25,248 nucleotides of DNA from Candidatus Limnocylindrales bacterium (GCA_046717305.1 JBKJVO010000128.1:1-25248); one strand, 5' to 3'; positions 1 through 7,904 are shown, counted from the stretch's first letter. Notes: generated by a model not told the origin, from the sequence alone. A program made the numbers and translations.

Positions 1-1
1 G

Positions 2-385
2 TGTTACTAAATCCTGCTCTGCAACCCCGCTGTCGGTTATAACCGGGGGGGGCCCCTGGGGCCGGGCGGGCCGGACGATGCCCATCACCACGTCGTGGTT
101 GAAGAACAGCGGGACCCGCCCGGAGACGACGTCGCCGCGTGGCTCCAGGCCCCACGCCTTGACCAGGTGATGGCGGTGGACGACCTCGTCGGCCGCCTCG
201 ATCGCCACGCGCCCGACCGGCTCGATCCTGTGGGTCACCGTCGGCGGCACGAGGTGGTAGAGGAGCGAACTCCGACCGGCGAACCCCTCGACGCCGAACA
301 GCTCCTCGGCGTAGAGCCCGCCGTCCGACCTCCGATGCTGGGTGTGGCGCTGGGGCGGGACGCTGCCGTTGCGGACGTAATACAT
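2..385 (-). CDS. hmgA: Homogentisate 1,2-dioxygenase, 5' portion only; runs off the window and homology appears lost over the first ~60 nt
   Basis: Absent from the ORF track because it has no stop. Manual translation from ATG at 385: MYYVRNGSVPPQRHTQHRRSDGGLYAEELFGVEGFAGRSSLLYHLVPPT...VPLFFNHDVVMGIVRP, the typical N-terminus of bacterial HmgA. SD GAGGAGG lies 11 nt upstream. Context: FAA hydrolase and hppD. Confidence 0.88.
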   Translation of the reverse strand, partial: MYYVRNGSVPPQRHTQHRRSDGGLYAEELFGVEGFAGRSSLLYHLVPPTVTHRIEPVGRVAIEAADEVVHRHHLVKAWGLEPRGDVVSGRVPLFFNHDVVMGIVRPARPQGPPPVITDSGVAEQDLVT

Positions 386-390
386 GGTGC

Positions 391-420
391 GACTGGCCTC
401 CTCGCGTGAGGAGGCCAGTC
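391..420 (-). promoter_or_regulatory. Perfect 13-bp hairpin that contains the hmgA Shine-Dalgarno
   Basis: GACTGGCCTCCTC (391-403), loop GCGT, GAGGAGGCCAGTC (408-420). On the minus-strand mRNA the 3' arm carries GAGGAGG. Confidence 0.75.
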
Positions 421-435
421 TAGGTCCGGACGGTC

Positions 436-1683
436 TCAGGATGTCGGTTGAAGCCAGCCGTAATAGCCGTAACCGAGGGTGTCTCCGAAGAAGGTCAGCG
501 CCCCGTGCTCATTGATGCGGTGTGCGTTCCGACCATCAGGATCCATCAGGTAGAAGGTCGTCGGGCCCCAGTACATGATGTGCAGCCCGTCCGGCGTCCA
601 GCTTGGGGCTCCAGATCCCTTGGAGGCCGGGATCAGCGACTGAAGGTCCGTCCCATCGGGGCGGACGGTGGAAATGGTGCCCCCGCGATTGAACTCGTGG
701 ATCGGATACGAGTCGAAGACGATCCGCGAGCCGTCGGGCGACCAATCCGCATCACCATACGGAACCCCATCGGGCAGGGCGAGCTCGTGGAGCCCGGTGT
801 CGTCCGCGTTGACGATGAAGATGCTGGAGTCGACGATGGCGTCCTGTGCCGGATCACGATGAACGTCGTGGTACACGATCTGGAGGCCGTCGGGCGACCA
901 GGACGGTTCCGCGAGCCAGACGTCCGGGGACGAGGTCCGCGTGGACTCCAGGATTGTGACGCTGCCGCTCCCCAGATCAAGGATCGCGAGCGCGTTCGAC
1001 TGATCGGTCCCGGTCGAGCGCACGAACGCGATGCGGCCACCGTCGGCCGAGTATGCCGGGGAACCGTCCATGCATTCGTCGGGTTGACCGCTGCAGTCCG
1101 TCGAGAGCAGCCGTGGATCGCCGCCTTCGATGCCGACCTCCCAGATCTGAACGGGGGGGTCCCAGGCGCCGAAGGCGACTGTCGTGCCGTCGGGTGAGAT
1201 GTCGGGGCTGCCCTTCCCAGAGGCCGGAAGACCAGGGGCGAGCTCGTGGAGGCCGGTGCCGTCCGCATGCACGAGCCAGAGCGAGCGTGGGTATTCGACT
1301 CCCGCGGGCGTCGAGCCGTCGGGTGCCTTGCCGAAGTGTTCGAACAGGATCCAGCCAGGGAGCGCCGAATAGTCGACCACGGTTGGTTGTGGCCTCGAGG
1401 TGGGTGTCACGAGCGTCGGTGTCGGGCTCGGTGCGCCGACATCGTTCTGGCCGGGCAGGTTGATATAGATCAGGCCGAGCACGACGACGCCCACAAGGGC
1501 GGTCGCAGCCAGGCGCATCGGCGAGTTCATTGTGGGCAACCTCCACGGGACTCGGAAGTCCCGTTCCTGTGATGTCTGGTCGATTTCGAGGAGGGCGGCT
1601 TCGACGACCCGGTCCGGGGCGTCGGTGGGTCCGAGCTCGAGCCAGGCCCGAGCGTCACGCTCGAATCGGTGCTCGTCGCTCAT
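436..1683 (-). CDS. Probable membrane-anchored anti-sigma factor with extracytoplasmic TolB-like/PD40 beta-propeller
   Basis: About 55-aa N-terminal cytoplasmic segment, one TM (LAATALVGVVVLGLIYI), Pro/Thr linker, then five PD40-type repeats (PDISPDG, PAYSADG, PSWSPDG, ADWSPDG, PSWTPDG). Start overlaps the ECF stop (ATGA, 1680-1683). Confidence 0.78.
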   Translation of the reverse strand: MSDEHRFERDARAWLELGPTDAPDRVVEAALLEIDQTSQERDFRVPWRLPTMNSPMRLAATALVGVVVLGLIYINLPGQNDVGAPSPTPTLVTPTSRPQPTVVDYSALPGWILFEHFGKAPDGSTPAGVEYPRSLWLVHADGTGLHELAPGLPASGKGSPDISPDGTTVAFGAWDPPVQIWEVGIEGGDPRLLSTDCSGQPDECMDGSPAYSADGGRIAFVRSTGTDQSNALAILDLGSGSVTILESTRTSSPDVWLAEPSWSPDGLQIVYHDVHRDPAQDAIVDSSIFIVNADDTGLHELALPDGVPYGDADWSPDGSRIVFDSYPIHEFNRGGTISTVRPDGTDLQSLIPASKGSGAPSWTPDGLHIMYWGPTTFYLMDPDGRNAHRINEHGALTFFGDTLGYGYYGWLQPTS

Positions 1684-2231
1684 GCCAGGCCTTCCTTCTC
1701 GGTGACGGGCTCCCGGCCGGCCTCAATGGCCAGCCGAAGCGCGCGGGTGGCGTAGTGCAGGCGCGATCGGGCCGTGCCGGCGGGGATGCCGAGGGTCCCG
1801 GCGATCTCCACGAGCGGCAGCCCGATGTAGTGGTGCAGGACGAAGACCGCCCGCTGGTCCACGGGGAGCCGGCGGAAGGCCCGTTCGAGCTCGTCGCGTT
1901 CGCCGATCGCGCGGCTTTCATCCGGGGTCGACGCCTGGAATTCAGGCAGGACCCGAACGTTGGCCGCCCAGCGGCGATTTCGACGGACTTCGACGTAACA
2001 GGCGTTGACGAGGACCTTGTGGAGCCATGCGTCGAAACGGTCGATCTCCCGCAGGTGCGGGAGCTGCCGCCAGGCGCTGACGAGCGCGCTCTGCAGAGCG
2101 TCCTCGGCGAGACCCGTGTCGCGAAGGATCCGGAAGGCGATCGCGTACAGCCGATCGCTGACCTGATGCACCAGGCCGGCGAAGGCGTCGCGGTCCCCCT
2201 TTCGGGCCCGTTCCACGAGGTCTCGATCCAC
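1680..2231 (-). CDS. ECF RNA polymerase sigma-70 factor
   Basis: Region 2 (AEDALQSALVSAW...FDAWLHKVLVN) and region 4 (LPVDQRAVFVLHHYIGLPLVEIAGTLGIPAGTARSRLHYA). GTG at 2231 with GGAGG 5 nt upstream is preferred over ATG 2243. Confidence 0.93.
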   Translation of the reverse strand: MDRDLVERARKGDRDAFAGLVHQVSDRLYAIAFRILRDTGLAEDALQSALVSAWRQLPHLREIDRFDAWLHKVLVNACYVEVRRNRRWAANVRVLPEFQASTPDESRAIGERDELERAFRRLPVDQRAVFVLHHYIGLPLVEIAGTLGIPAGTARSRLHYATRALRLAIEAGREPVTEKEGLA

Positions 2232-2278
2232 CTCGGCCTCCATGAGCCGCGCCGTGATGGCCCGGGTCTAGTAGCTTT

Positions 2279-2305
2279 GATGCGCGCTTGGGGGCGGAAC
2301 GTTCA
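2279..2305 (-). promoter_or_regulatory. Candidate ECF-dependent (autoregulatory) promoter TGAAC-N17-GCATC
   Basis: TGAAC (2305-2301), 17 nt, GCATC (2283-2279) directly upstream of the ECF gene; fits the general GAAC-type ECF -35 pattern. Confidence 0.4.
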
Positions 2306-2644
2306 GTCGCGCCGCCGCTCCATGAGGGTCACGTCGCGCCACTCCCCGCCCGCGTCGCGGCCGCGGTGGGACGCGGCGATGTAGATGCTCTCCGGGGCGA
2401 TGCCGGCGTAGACCTCTCGAGCGGAGCAGGGCGCCAGGGCGACGAAGCCGGCCACGACGCCGGTCGCGCGCGCCACGAAGCGGCAATGCGGGCGATGCGA
2501 CGCGTCCCAGGCGGGCCAGTTAGGGACGGTCGTGTCGAACGTCGCGACACCGGTCGCCATGCCCTCGCCGTAAATCGCGCGGACGGCCGGCCAGTCCTTG
2601 GGCAGCATCGCCTCGATGACGACGCGAGGCCGCGGGGCGATCAT
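2303..2644 (-). pseudogene. GNAT N-acetyltransferase (Pat/YncA-like) with an in-frame internal deletion
   Basis: DWPAVRAIYGEG.ATG.ATFDT.VP.W..WD...and VYAG...SIYIA..HRG match the family. The sequence then jumps directly to the C-terminal WRDVTLMERR; 113 aa versus about 160-170 expected. Confidence 0.72.
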
Positions 2645-3717
2645 CTCGTGGAGCGGGTGGGACAGGCGACGACCGGCGACCTGAGCACGCCGAGTCGCTC
2701 GATCTGGAGCGTCACCTCGTCGCCCGGCTCAAGCCACCGGCCGAGCGTCGAGTCCTTCACCTCGAGGAGGCAGCCGGTGCCGACCGTGCCCGAGCCGAGG
2801 ATCTCGCCGGGCCGGACGTGGACGTCGGCCGAGGCGCGGGTGAGCATCTGGCCGAACGAGAAGTGGGACGCCGACCACGTTCCCGAGGAGATCGTGGTCT
2901 CCCGGTCGTCCGCACCCCTGACGGAGGCCGACATCGCGAGGTCCGGCCCGGTGGCTCCGGCCGCTCGTACATCAGCGAGCTCGTCCGGCGTCACCAGCCA
3001 TGGTCCGATCGAGGTTGCGAAGTCCTTGCCCTTCGCCGGGCCCATCCGAACCGGCATCTCATCGCGCTGGAGGTCGCGGGCGGACCAGTCGTTGAGCACG
3101 AAGTACCCGCCGATCGCCTCCTCGGCGCGCTCCTCGGGGAGATCGAACGCGGCCGTGTCCACGAGCGCGCCGACCTCGAGCTCGAAGTCCAGTTCGGTTG
3201 AGCCCCGGGGCGCCCAGACCGGGTCACCCGGCCCACGGATCTCCGAGGTGTTCGAGAAGTAGAAGACCGGCATCCGGTACCAGTTCTCCGGGATCTCGCC
3301 GCCGCGACGCTCCCACATCGTCCGAACGTGCTGTTCGAAGGCGTAGAAGTCGCGGAACGCCGGCGGCCGCAGGATCGGGGAGCCGAACCGGAGACCGCTC
3401 GCATCGAGGACGGCGTCGTCGTCAGGGTCAGGCTCGACCGTGGAGCTCGCGGCGCCGAACGCCTCGACGATCTCGGCGAGCGCCTCCACCCGGAGCCCGC
3501 GTGCCAGGTGGTCGTCCAGCGTGATGATCGGCAGGCGGAAGAGGACGCTGTTGTGGGCGCGACGCGGGTCTGCACCGATCAACCGGCGGCGTGCCAACTC
3601 GAGGTCCAGCCAACCGGCCGGATCTGGGTTCGTGGCGGCTCCGGCACCGAGGGCGGCCGCAAGCCGCCACGGGGCGCCGGCCGGGGCGTGTCGCTCGCGA
3701 ACGTGGGCAATCCGCAT
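2641..3717 (-). CDS. fahA: Fumarylacetoacetate hydrolase family protein (probable fumarylacetoacetase)
   Basis: FRDFYAFEQH, PVFYFSN, LDFELE, NDWSARDLQ, KGKDF, GSGT and PGDEVTLQIERLG motifs; located with hmgA and hppD. Confidence 0.85.
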   Translation of the reverse strand: MRIAHVRERHAPAGAPWRLAAALGAGAATNPDPAGWLDLELARRRLIGADPRRAHNSVLFRLPIITLDDHLARGLRVEALAEIVEAFGAASSTVEPDPDDDAVLDASGLRFGSPILRPPAFRDFYAFEQHVRTMWERRGGEIPENWYRMPVFYFSNTSEIRGPGDPVWAPRGSTELDFELEVGALVDTAAFDLPEERAEEAIGGYFVLNDWSARDLQRDEMPVRMGPAKGKDFATSIGPWLVTPDELADVRAAGATGPDLAMSASVRGADDRETTISSGTWSASHFSFGQMLTRASADVHVRPGEILGSGTVGTGCLLEVKDSTLGRWLEPGDEVTLQIERLGVLRSPVVACPTRSTR

Positions 3718-4041
3718 CGCGGGAAGAGTCTACGGCCCGGTGGCGGAAGCAACCCGATCTCTGTGCCGGCTCGTGCCGGCTGGGTTCACGCTCGCGACCC
3801 CCGGCCTTGTCTCGGCCCGTGATGCCCCCATCAGCAAAGTCCGGGCTGCACCGGGGATTGGCCGGCTCGAGCACCGAGCTCGCCGTCCGCCGTGGCCGTC
3901 CGAGCGTCAGGCTGAGCACGAGGCGCCGGGGCTCCGTGCTCCCACGGCCGGCCTCAGGTCGGCGCGATGGACCTTGGCGGGCCGCTTCCGCCCGAAATGC
4001 TGCTCCCAGCATCACGGCGCCCGTCAACGTCGGTTCGCCGT

Positions 4042-4085
4042 GGGACGCGCCGGGGGACGGGCACGGGACGCGCCGGGGGACGGGC
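4042..4085 (+). repeat. Two copies of 21-nt GGGACGCGCCGGGGGACGGGC; G-quadruplex-type motif
   Basis: Exact copies at 4042-4062 and 4065-4085; six runs of at least 3 G with loops of 2-7 nt. Confidence 0.8.
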
Positions 4086-4206
4086 GATGCGAGGGGCAGG
4101 TCAGTACGGGCGTTGGGATGCTTACCCCGTCGGCGACGGGGGCTCCCACAAACCGCCCTCGTGTGTCAGGATCGCAGTCCCACAAGACCACCGAGGGCGT
4201 TTGCCA

Positions 4207-5052
4207 ATGCGTCTCCAGCGGCGCCGATTCTCCGAACCCAGCGAAGTCCGCACGTTCCCGCGCGGCCGCGTCGAGGTCGTCGAGCTCGAGGACACCGTCA
4301 TCGGCCGGATGACCTACGAGCCCGGCTGGCGCTGGTCGGTCGACGTCCAGGCGCTCGCCGGCACGGCAACCTGTCAGTACCACCACCTCGGTGTGACCAT
4401 CTCCGGCCACATCCGGGCGCAGATGATCGACGGCACCGAGCTCGAGATCGGTCCGGGTGACGTCTTCGAGATCCCGCCCGGCCACGATGCCTGGGTCGTC
4501 GGCGACGAGCCATGGATCTCCGTCGACTTCGAGGCGATGCGCACCTACGGCAAGGGGAAGGACGCCCAGGTCGAGCGCGTCCTCGCCTCGATCGTGATGA
4601 CCGATATCGTCGATTCCACGCAACGCGCCGGCGAGCTGGGTGCGGCCCGCTGGCGGGACCTCGTCGGCGAGCACAACCGGAAGGCGATGACGGCCGTCGA
4701 CCGGCAGCGGGGACGACTCGTCAAGACCACCGGCGATGGCGTCCTCGCCCAGTTCGACGGGGCGGAGCGCGCCGTCCGCGGCGCCGCCGCGATCCGCGAG
4801 GCCGTCCGCGGCCTCGGCCTCGAGATCCGGGCCGGCGTCCACAGCGGCGAGGTGGAGGCGACCGTCGACGACGTTCGGGGAATCGCGGTCCACACCGCCT
4901 CCCGGATCATGGCCGCCGCCGAGCCCGGTGAGATTCTCGTGTCGGCGACCGTCATGGACCTCGTGGACGGGTCTGATCTGGCCTTCGAGGACGCCGGCGT
5001 CCATGAGCTCAAGGGCCTCCACGGGACGCGGCAGCTCTACCGCCTGGTCTGA
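4207..5052 (+). CDS. Cupin domain fused to class III adenylate/guanylate cyclase (soluble)
   Basis: N-terminal cupin (EPGWRWS..., CQYHHLG, GPGDVFEIPPGHDAWVVGDEP) and C-terminal cyclase (MTDIVDST, VKTTGDG, RAGVHSGEV, DVRGIAVHTASRI, ELKG). ATG 4207 is preferred; the extension to 3967 is low complexity. Confidence 0.88.
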   Translation: MRLQRRRFSEPSEVRTFPRGRVEVVELEDTVIGRMTYEPGWRWSVDVQALAGTATCQYHHLGVTISGHIRAQMIDGTELEIGPGDVFEIPPGHDAWVVGDEPWISVDFEAMRTYGKGKDAQVERVLASIVMTDIVDSTQRAGELGAARWRDLVGEHNRKAMTAVDRQRGRLVKTTGDGVLAQFDGAERAVRGAAAIREAVRGLGLEIRAGVHSGEVEATVDDVRGIAVHTASRIMAAAEPGEILVSATVMDLVDGSDLAFEDAGVHELKGLHGTRQLYRLV

Positions 5053-5105
5053 TCAAGCTGCGGCCCAGAGGGCGGGCCCACAGCCGAGCGCGCCCCGGGC
5101 GCCGC

Positions 5106-5897
5106 TCAGGCCGTCAGCCTGCGGAAGGCCCATAGCGTGGCGCCCTGGAGGACGACGCCCAGGATCAGGATCGCGAGCACCGCCCTGCCGATGACGTCGC
5201 CCTCGAAGCCGACGGTCATCAGGGAGCGCATCGCCTCGATCACGTAGCTGATCGGGTTCCAGTCGTTGAACGTCTGCAGCCAGTCCGGCATGAGTGCCGG
5301 TGGGACGAAGGCGGTCGACATGAAGGCGATCGGCATGAACAGCAGCGACAGCGTCCCGGTCGCCTGCTCGTTCTTCGTGAGCAGGGCGGGCACCATCGAG
5401 GTGCCGGCCCACGCGACGCCGAACGCCCCACCCAGGAGCACGATCGCCGCGGCGCCAAGCAGGCCCGTGGTCACGTGAGCCCCGAGGAGCACGGCAAGGA
5501 CCAGGATCGCCGCGGCCATCGCGGCCGACTCGAGGAAGAGCGGGACCAGCTCACCGGCGAGGATCGCGAAGCGATTGATCGGGCTGGCCCGCAGCTTGTC
5601 CAGGTAGCCGTTGCGCCAGTCAACGAGGAGGCTGCCGCCCGACCATGCGACCGCAAAGAACACCGTGAACGTGACCTGTCCGGGAGCGAGATAGTCCAGA
5701 TACGAGATGTCGCCATTACCGCTCGCGGCGAACCCCGGGAGCGACACGATGTCCTTGAACAGCTGCGAGAAGACGAACAGCTGGATGAGGGGAAAGAGCA
5801 GGGTCGAGACCGGATTGGAGGGTACCCGGTAGAAGCGCCGCAGGGATCGCCCGCCGAGGAGCCAGGTCTCGCGCATGAAGTCGGCCGCTGCGCTCAT
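5106..5897 (-). CDS. ABC-2 type exporter permease (DrrB-like)
   Basis: Six hydrophobic segments; YLDYLAPG, GYLDKLRASPINR, SxAFVPPALMPDWLQ..NPISY..EAMR motifs; start at MSAAADF. Confidence 0.9.
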   Translation of the reverse strand: MSAAADFMRETWLLGGRSLRRFYRVPSNPVSTLLFPLIQLFVFSQLFKDIVSLPGFAASGNGDISYLDYLAPGQVTFTVFFAVAWSGGSLLVDWRNGYLDKLRASPINRFAILAGELVPLFLESAAMAAAILVLAVLLGAHVTTGLLGAAAIVLLGGAFGVAWAGTSMVPALLTKNEQATGTLSLLFMPIAFMSTAFVPPALMPDWLQTFNDWNPISYVIEAMRSLMTVGFEGDVIGRAVLAILILGVVLQGATLWAFRRLTA

Positions 5898-5901
5898 CGC
5901 T

Positions 5902-6930
5902 CTACCACCAGCCGGTCTCGAGGGGCCGGTCGGCCTCCTCGGCCCGGATGCGACGGCCGCAGTACCGCAGGAACACATCGTCGAGGGTCGGCTCGCGCAT
6001 CGTCAGCCCGGTCACCCGCACGCCGTCGCCATCCAGCCGACGAAGCAGCGTTGGCACGGCCGAGTGGGCATTCGCCACGGCGACCGCGATGCCGACGGTC
6101 GATGGCTCGACCGCGATGACCCCGTCGATTCCCGACAGGCGGGCAATCGCGTCCGCCTGAGCGGACGCGAGGGTCTCGGACCCGTTGGTGTGGCCGAGGG
6201 CGATCTCGACAGCATCGGCCCCGACCGAACGCTTGAGTTCGCGCGGGCTGCCCTCGACGACGATCCGCCCGGCGTCCACGATCGCCAGGCGTTCGCACAG
6301 CCGATCCGCCTCCTCCATGTAGTGCGTCGTCAGGAACATCGTGGTGCCGGCCCGATTGATCCGGACGAGCTCCTCCCAGAGCGCCGTCCGGCTCTGGGGG
6401 TCCAGTCCCTCGGTCGGCTCGTCCAGGAAGAGCACGGCGGGCCGATGGACCAGCGCACTGGCGAGATCGAGCCGGCGCCGCATTCCGCCGGAGTACGTCC
6501 CGACCAGGCGGCCGGCGGCGGCCGTCAGGTTCATCAGCTCCAGCAGCTCGTCGACGCGGCGCCGCAGCTCGGGTCCGGGCACCCGATGGAGCCGGCCGAT
6601 GAGCTCGAGGTTCTCGCGGCCGGTGAGGAGGTTCTCCAGGGCCACGGTCTGCATCGCGAGGCCGATCATCGCCCGGACCTTCGCGGCGTCGCGGACGACG
6701 TCGAGGCCCGCTACCCGGGCGACGCCTGAGGTGGCCCGGGCGAGCGTGGCGAGGATCCGGATCGCCGTCGTCTTCCCCGCACCCTTCGGGCCCAGGAACC
6801 CGAAGAACTCCCCGGCCCGGACGGCGACGCTGATCCCGTCCAGGGCCCGGATGGGATCGCCCCCGCGGCTCGCCGGGTAGACCTTGACGAGATCGACGAT
6901 TTCAACGACGGGGACTTCCGTGGGCTCCAT
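5902..6930 (-). CDS. ABC exporter ATP-binding protein (DrrA-like)
   Basis: Walker A GPKGAGKT, signature YSGGMRRR, Walker B LFLDEPT, TTHY switch, C-terminal EPTLDDVFL; start at MEPTEVP (6930). Confidence 0.92.
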   Translation of the reverse strand: MEPTEVPVVEIVDLVKVYPASRGGDPIRALDGISVAVRAGEFFGFLGPKGAGKTTAIRILATLARATSGVARVAGLDVVRDAAKVRAMIGLAMQTVALENLLTGRENLELIGRLHRVPGPELRRRVDELLELMNLTAAAGRLVGTYSGGMRRRLDLASALVHRPAVLFLDEPTEGLDPQSRTALWEELVRINRAGTTMFLTTHYMEEADRLCERLAIVDAGRIVVEGSPRELKRSVGADAVEIALGHTNGSETLASAQADAIARLSGIDGVIAVEPSTVGIAVAVANAHSAVPTLLRRLDGDGVRVTGLTMREPTLDDVFLRYCGRRIRAEEADRPLETGWW

Positions 6931-6941
6931 CGGTTCTCCGC

Positions 6942-7445
6942 TCAGAAGGGCTTGAACATCATGAGCCAGAGGATGACGAGGAACCCGACGCCACCGACGA
7001 CGGCGGTCAACTCGGGCCGCCGGGACTGCGTGAGGGTCACCACCTCCTCGAACGGCAGCGGCACCGGATCTGGCTGGTCCTCCTTGAGGTTGCCGGGCCG
7101 CTGGCCAAGGGCCCGGCGGATCTCCGCGAAGTGGAACCCGGCAAGCGGCGTCATGAGGCCACCGACGAGGATGAACACGACGAGCGAGATCCAGATCCAG
7201 GCTTGCCCGAAGTCGCCGCGCACGATGCCGGCAACGATCCCGGATACGAGGAGCACGAGCAGTCCGATTCCCGCGAGGTTGAGGGACCAGGCGGACAGGT
7301 CCAGAAGGGCCAGCATCCGGGCGCCCTCCCGCTCCTGGCGCAGCCGGAACGCCACTGCCATGGAGACGCCGTGGCCGGCCGCGAACAGAAAGGCGCCGGC
7401 GACGTGGAGGAACCTCAGCCAGTCCTGATACGGGGTCAGGTCCAT
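6942..7445 (-). CDS. DUF2269-like 4-TM membrane protein
   Basis: WLRFLH at TM1, four TM segments, C-terminal LWLMMFKPF typical of the family; tightly packed in the operon. Confidence 0.75.
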   Translation of the reverse strand: MDLTPYQDWLRFLHVAGAFLFAAGHGVSMAVAFRLRQEREGARMLALLDLSAWSLNLAGIGLLVLLVSGIVAGIVRGDFGQAWIWISLVVFILVGGLMTPLAGFHFAEIRRALGQRPGNLKEDQPDPVPLPFEEVVTLTQSRRPELTAVVGGVGFLVILWLMMFKPF

Positions 7446-7891
7446 TCACTTCCCTCCCTCGTGGATGTGCCCGCACCGGGTACGGGCGTCGCGGGGCCTT
7501 CGGCCGGCGCCTTCCGCGCCACCTCGCGCCATGCGCGTCGTGCGTACCACACGGCGAGCGCGAAGAGCAACATTGCGTTGACCGGGTGGAGCGCGGCGAG
7601 GGCGGGAACCGACGCCCGGAACTGCGGCAGCGCCGTCTGGACGACATACAGCACGAGCAGCCCAAAGCTGATCCCGATCTCCCGGCGTCCGACGCGGGCC
7701 GCCACGGCGGTCAGCACGACCGCCAGTGCGATGAGTCCGACGACGGTGTAGCCGAACTCGATGTGGGTCTTGAAGTCGCCGCTGCCGCCGAGGTTGGCGA
7801 TGGCCGCCCCCGCCAGGAACACCTGGATCACGATGCTGGCCACAAACAACCAGGCCGCGAGGGCGTGGATCTGCCGGGCGATCGAGCGCAT
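7436..7891 (-). CDS. DUF6220-like 4-TM membrane protein
   Basis: IQVFLAG...H and VVQ..LP...ALHPVNA motifs; SD AGGAAGGAG; 3' end overlaps the next gene by 10 nt. Confidence 0.7.
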   Translation of the reverse strand: MRSIARQIHALAAWLFVASIVIQVFLAGAAIANLGGSGDFKTHIEFGYTVVGLIALAVVLTAVAARVGRREIGISFGLLVLYVVQTALPQFRASVPALAALHPVNAMLLFALAVWYARRAWREVARKAPAEGPATPVPGAGTSTREGSEWT

Positions 7892-7904
7892 CGCTCCTTC
7901 CTCC

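Noticed and set aside
95-409. 104-aa plus-strand ORF
   Set aside because: Antisense shadow of hmgA, which has clear family motifs.
3763-3781. GTGCCGGCT direct repeat (10-bp period) upstream of fahA as a pathway operator
   Set aside because: Not found upstream of hppD or hmgA; likely by chance at this GC content.
3740-4020. Possible decayed gene in the fahA/cyclase spacer
   Set aside because: No frame gave a recognisable family motif.
3967-4206. 80-aa N-terminal extension of the cyclase ORF
   Set aside because: Low-complexity G/R sequence that crosses the tandem repeat; cupin homology and a -10-like site point to ATG 4207.
4207-5052. Pycsar/CBASS-like defence cyclase
   Set aside because: ATP-specifying Lys and Asp are retained, and there is no adjacent TIR or TM-cNMP effector.
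6770-6800. Walker A GPKGAGKT (usually GPNGAGKT) as an inactivating change
   Set aside because: GxxGxGKT consensus is intact; variable position.
5902-7665. 587-aa ORF as a single protein
   Set aside because: The upstream part overlaps two better-supported membrane genes; the ABC ATPase starts at 6930.
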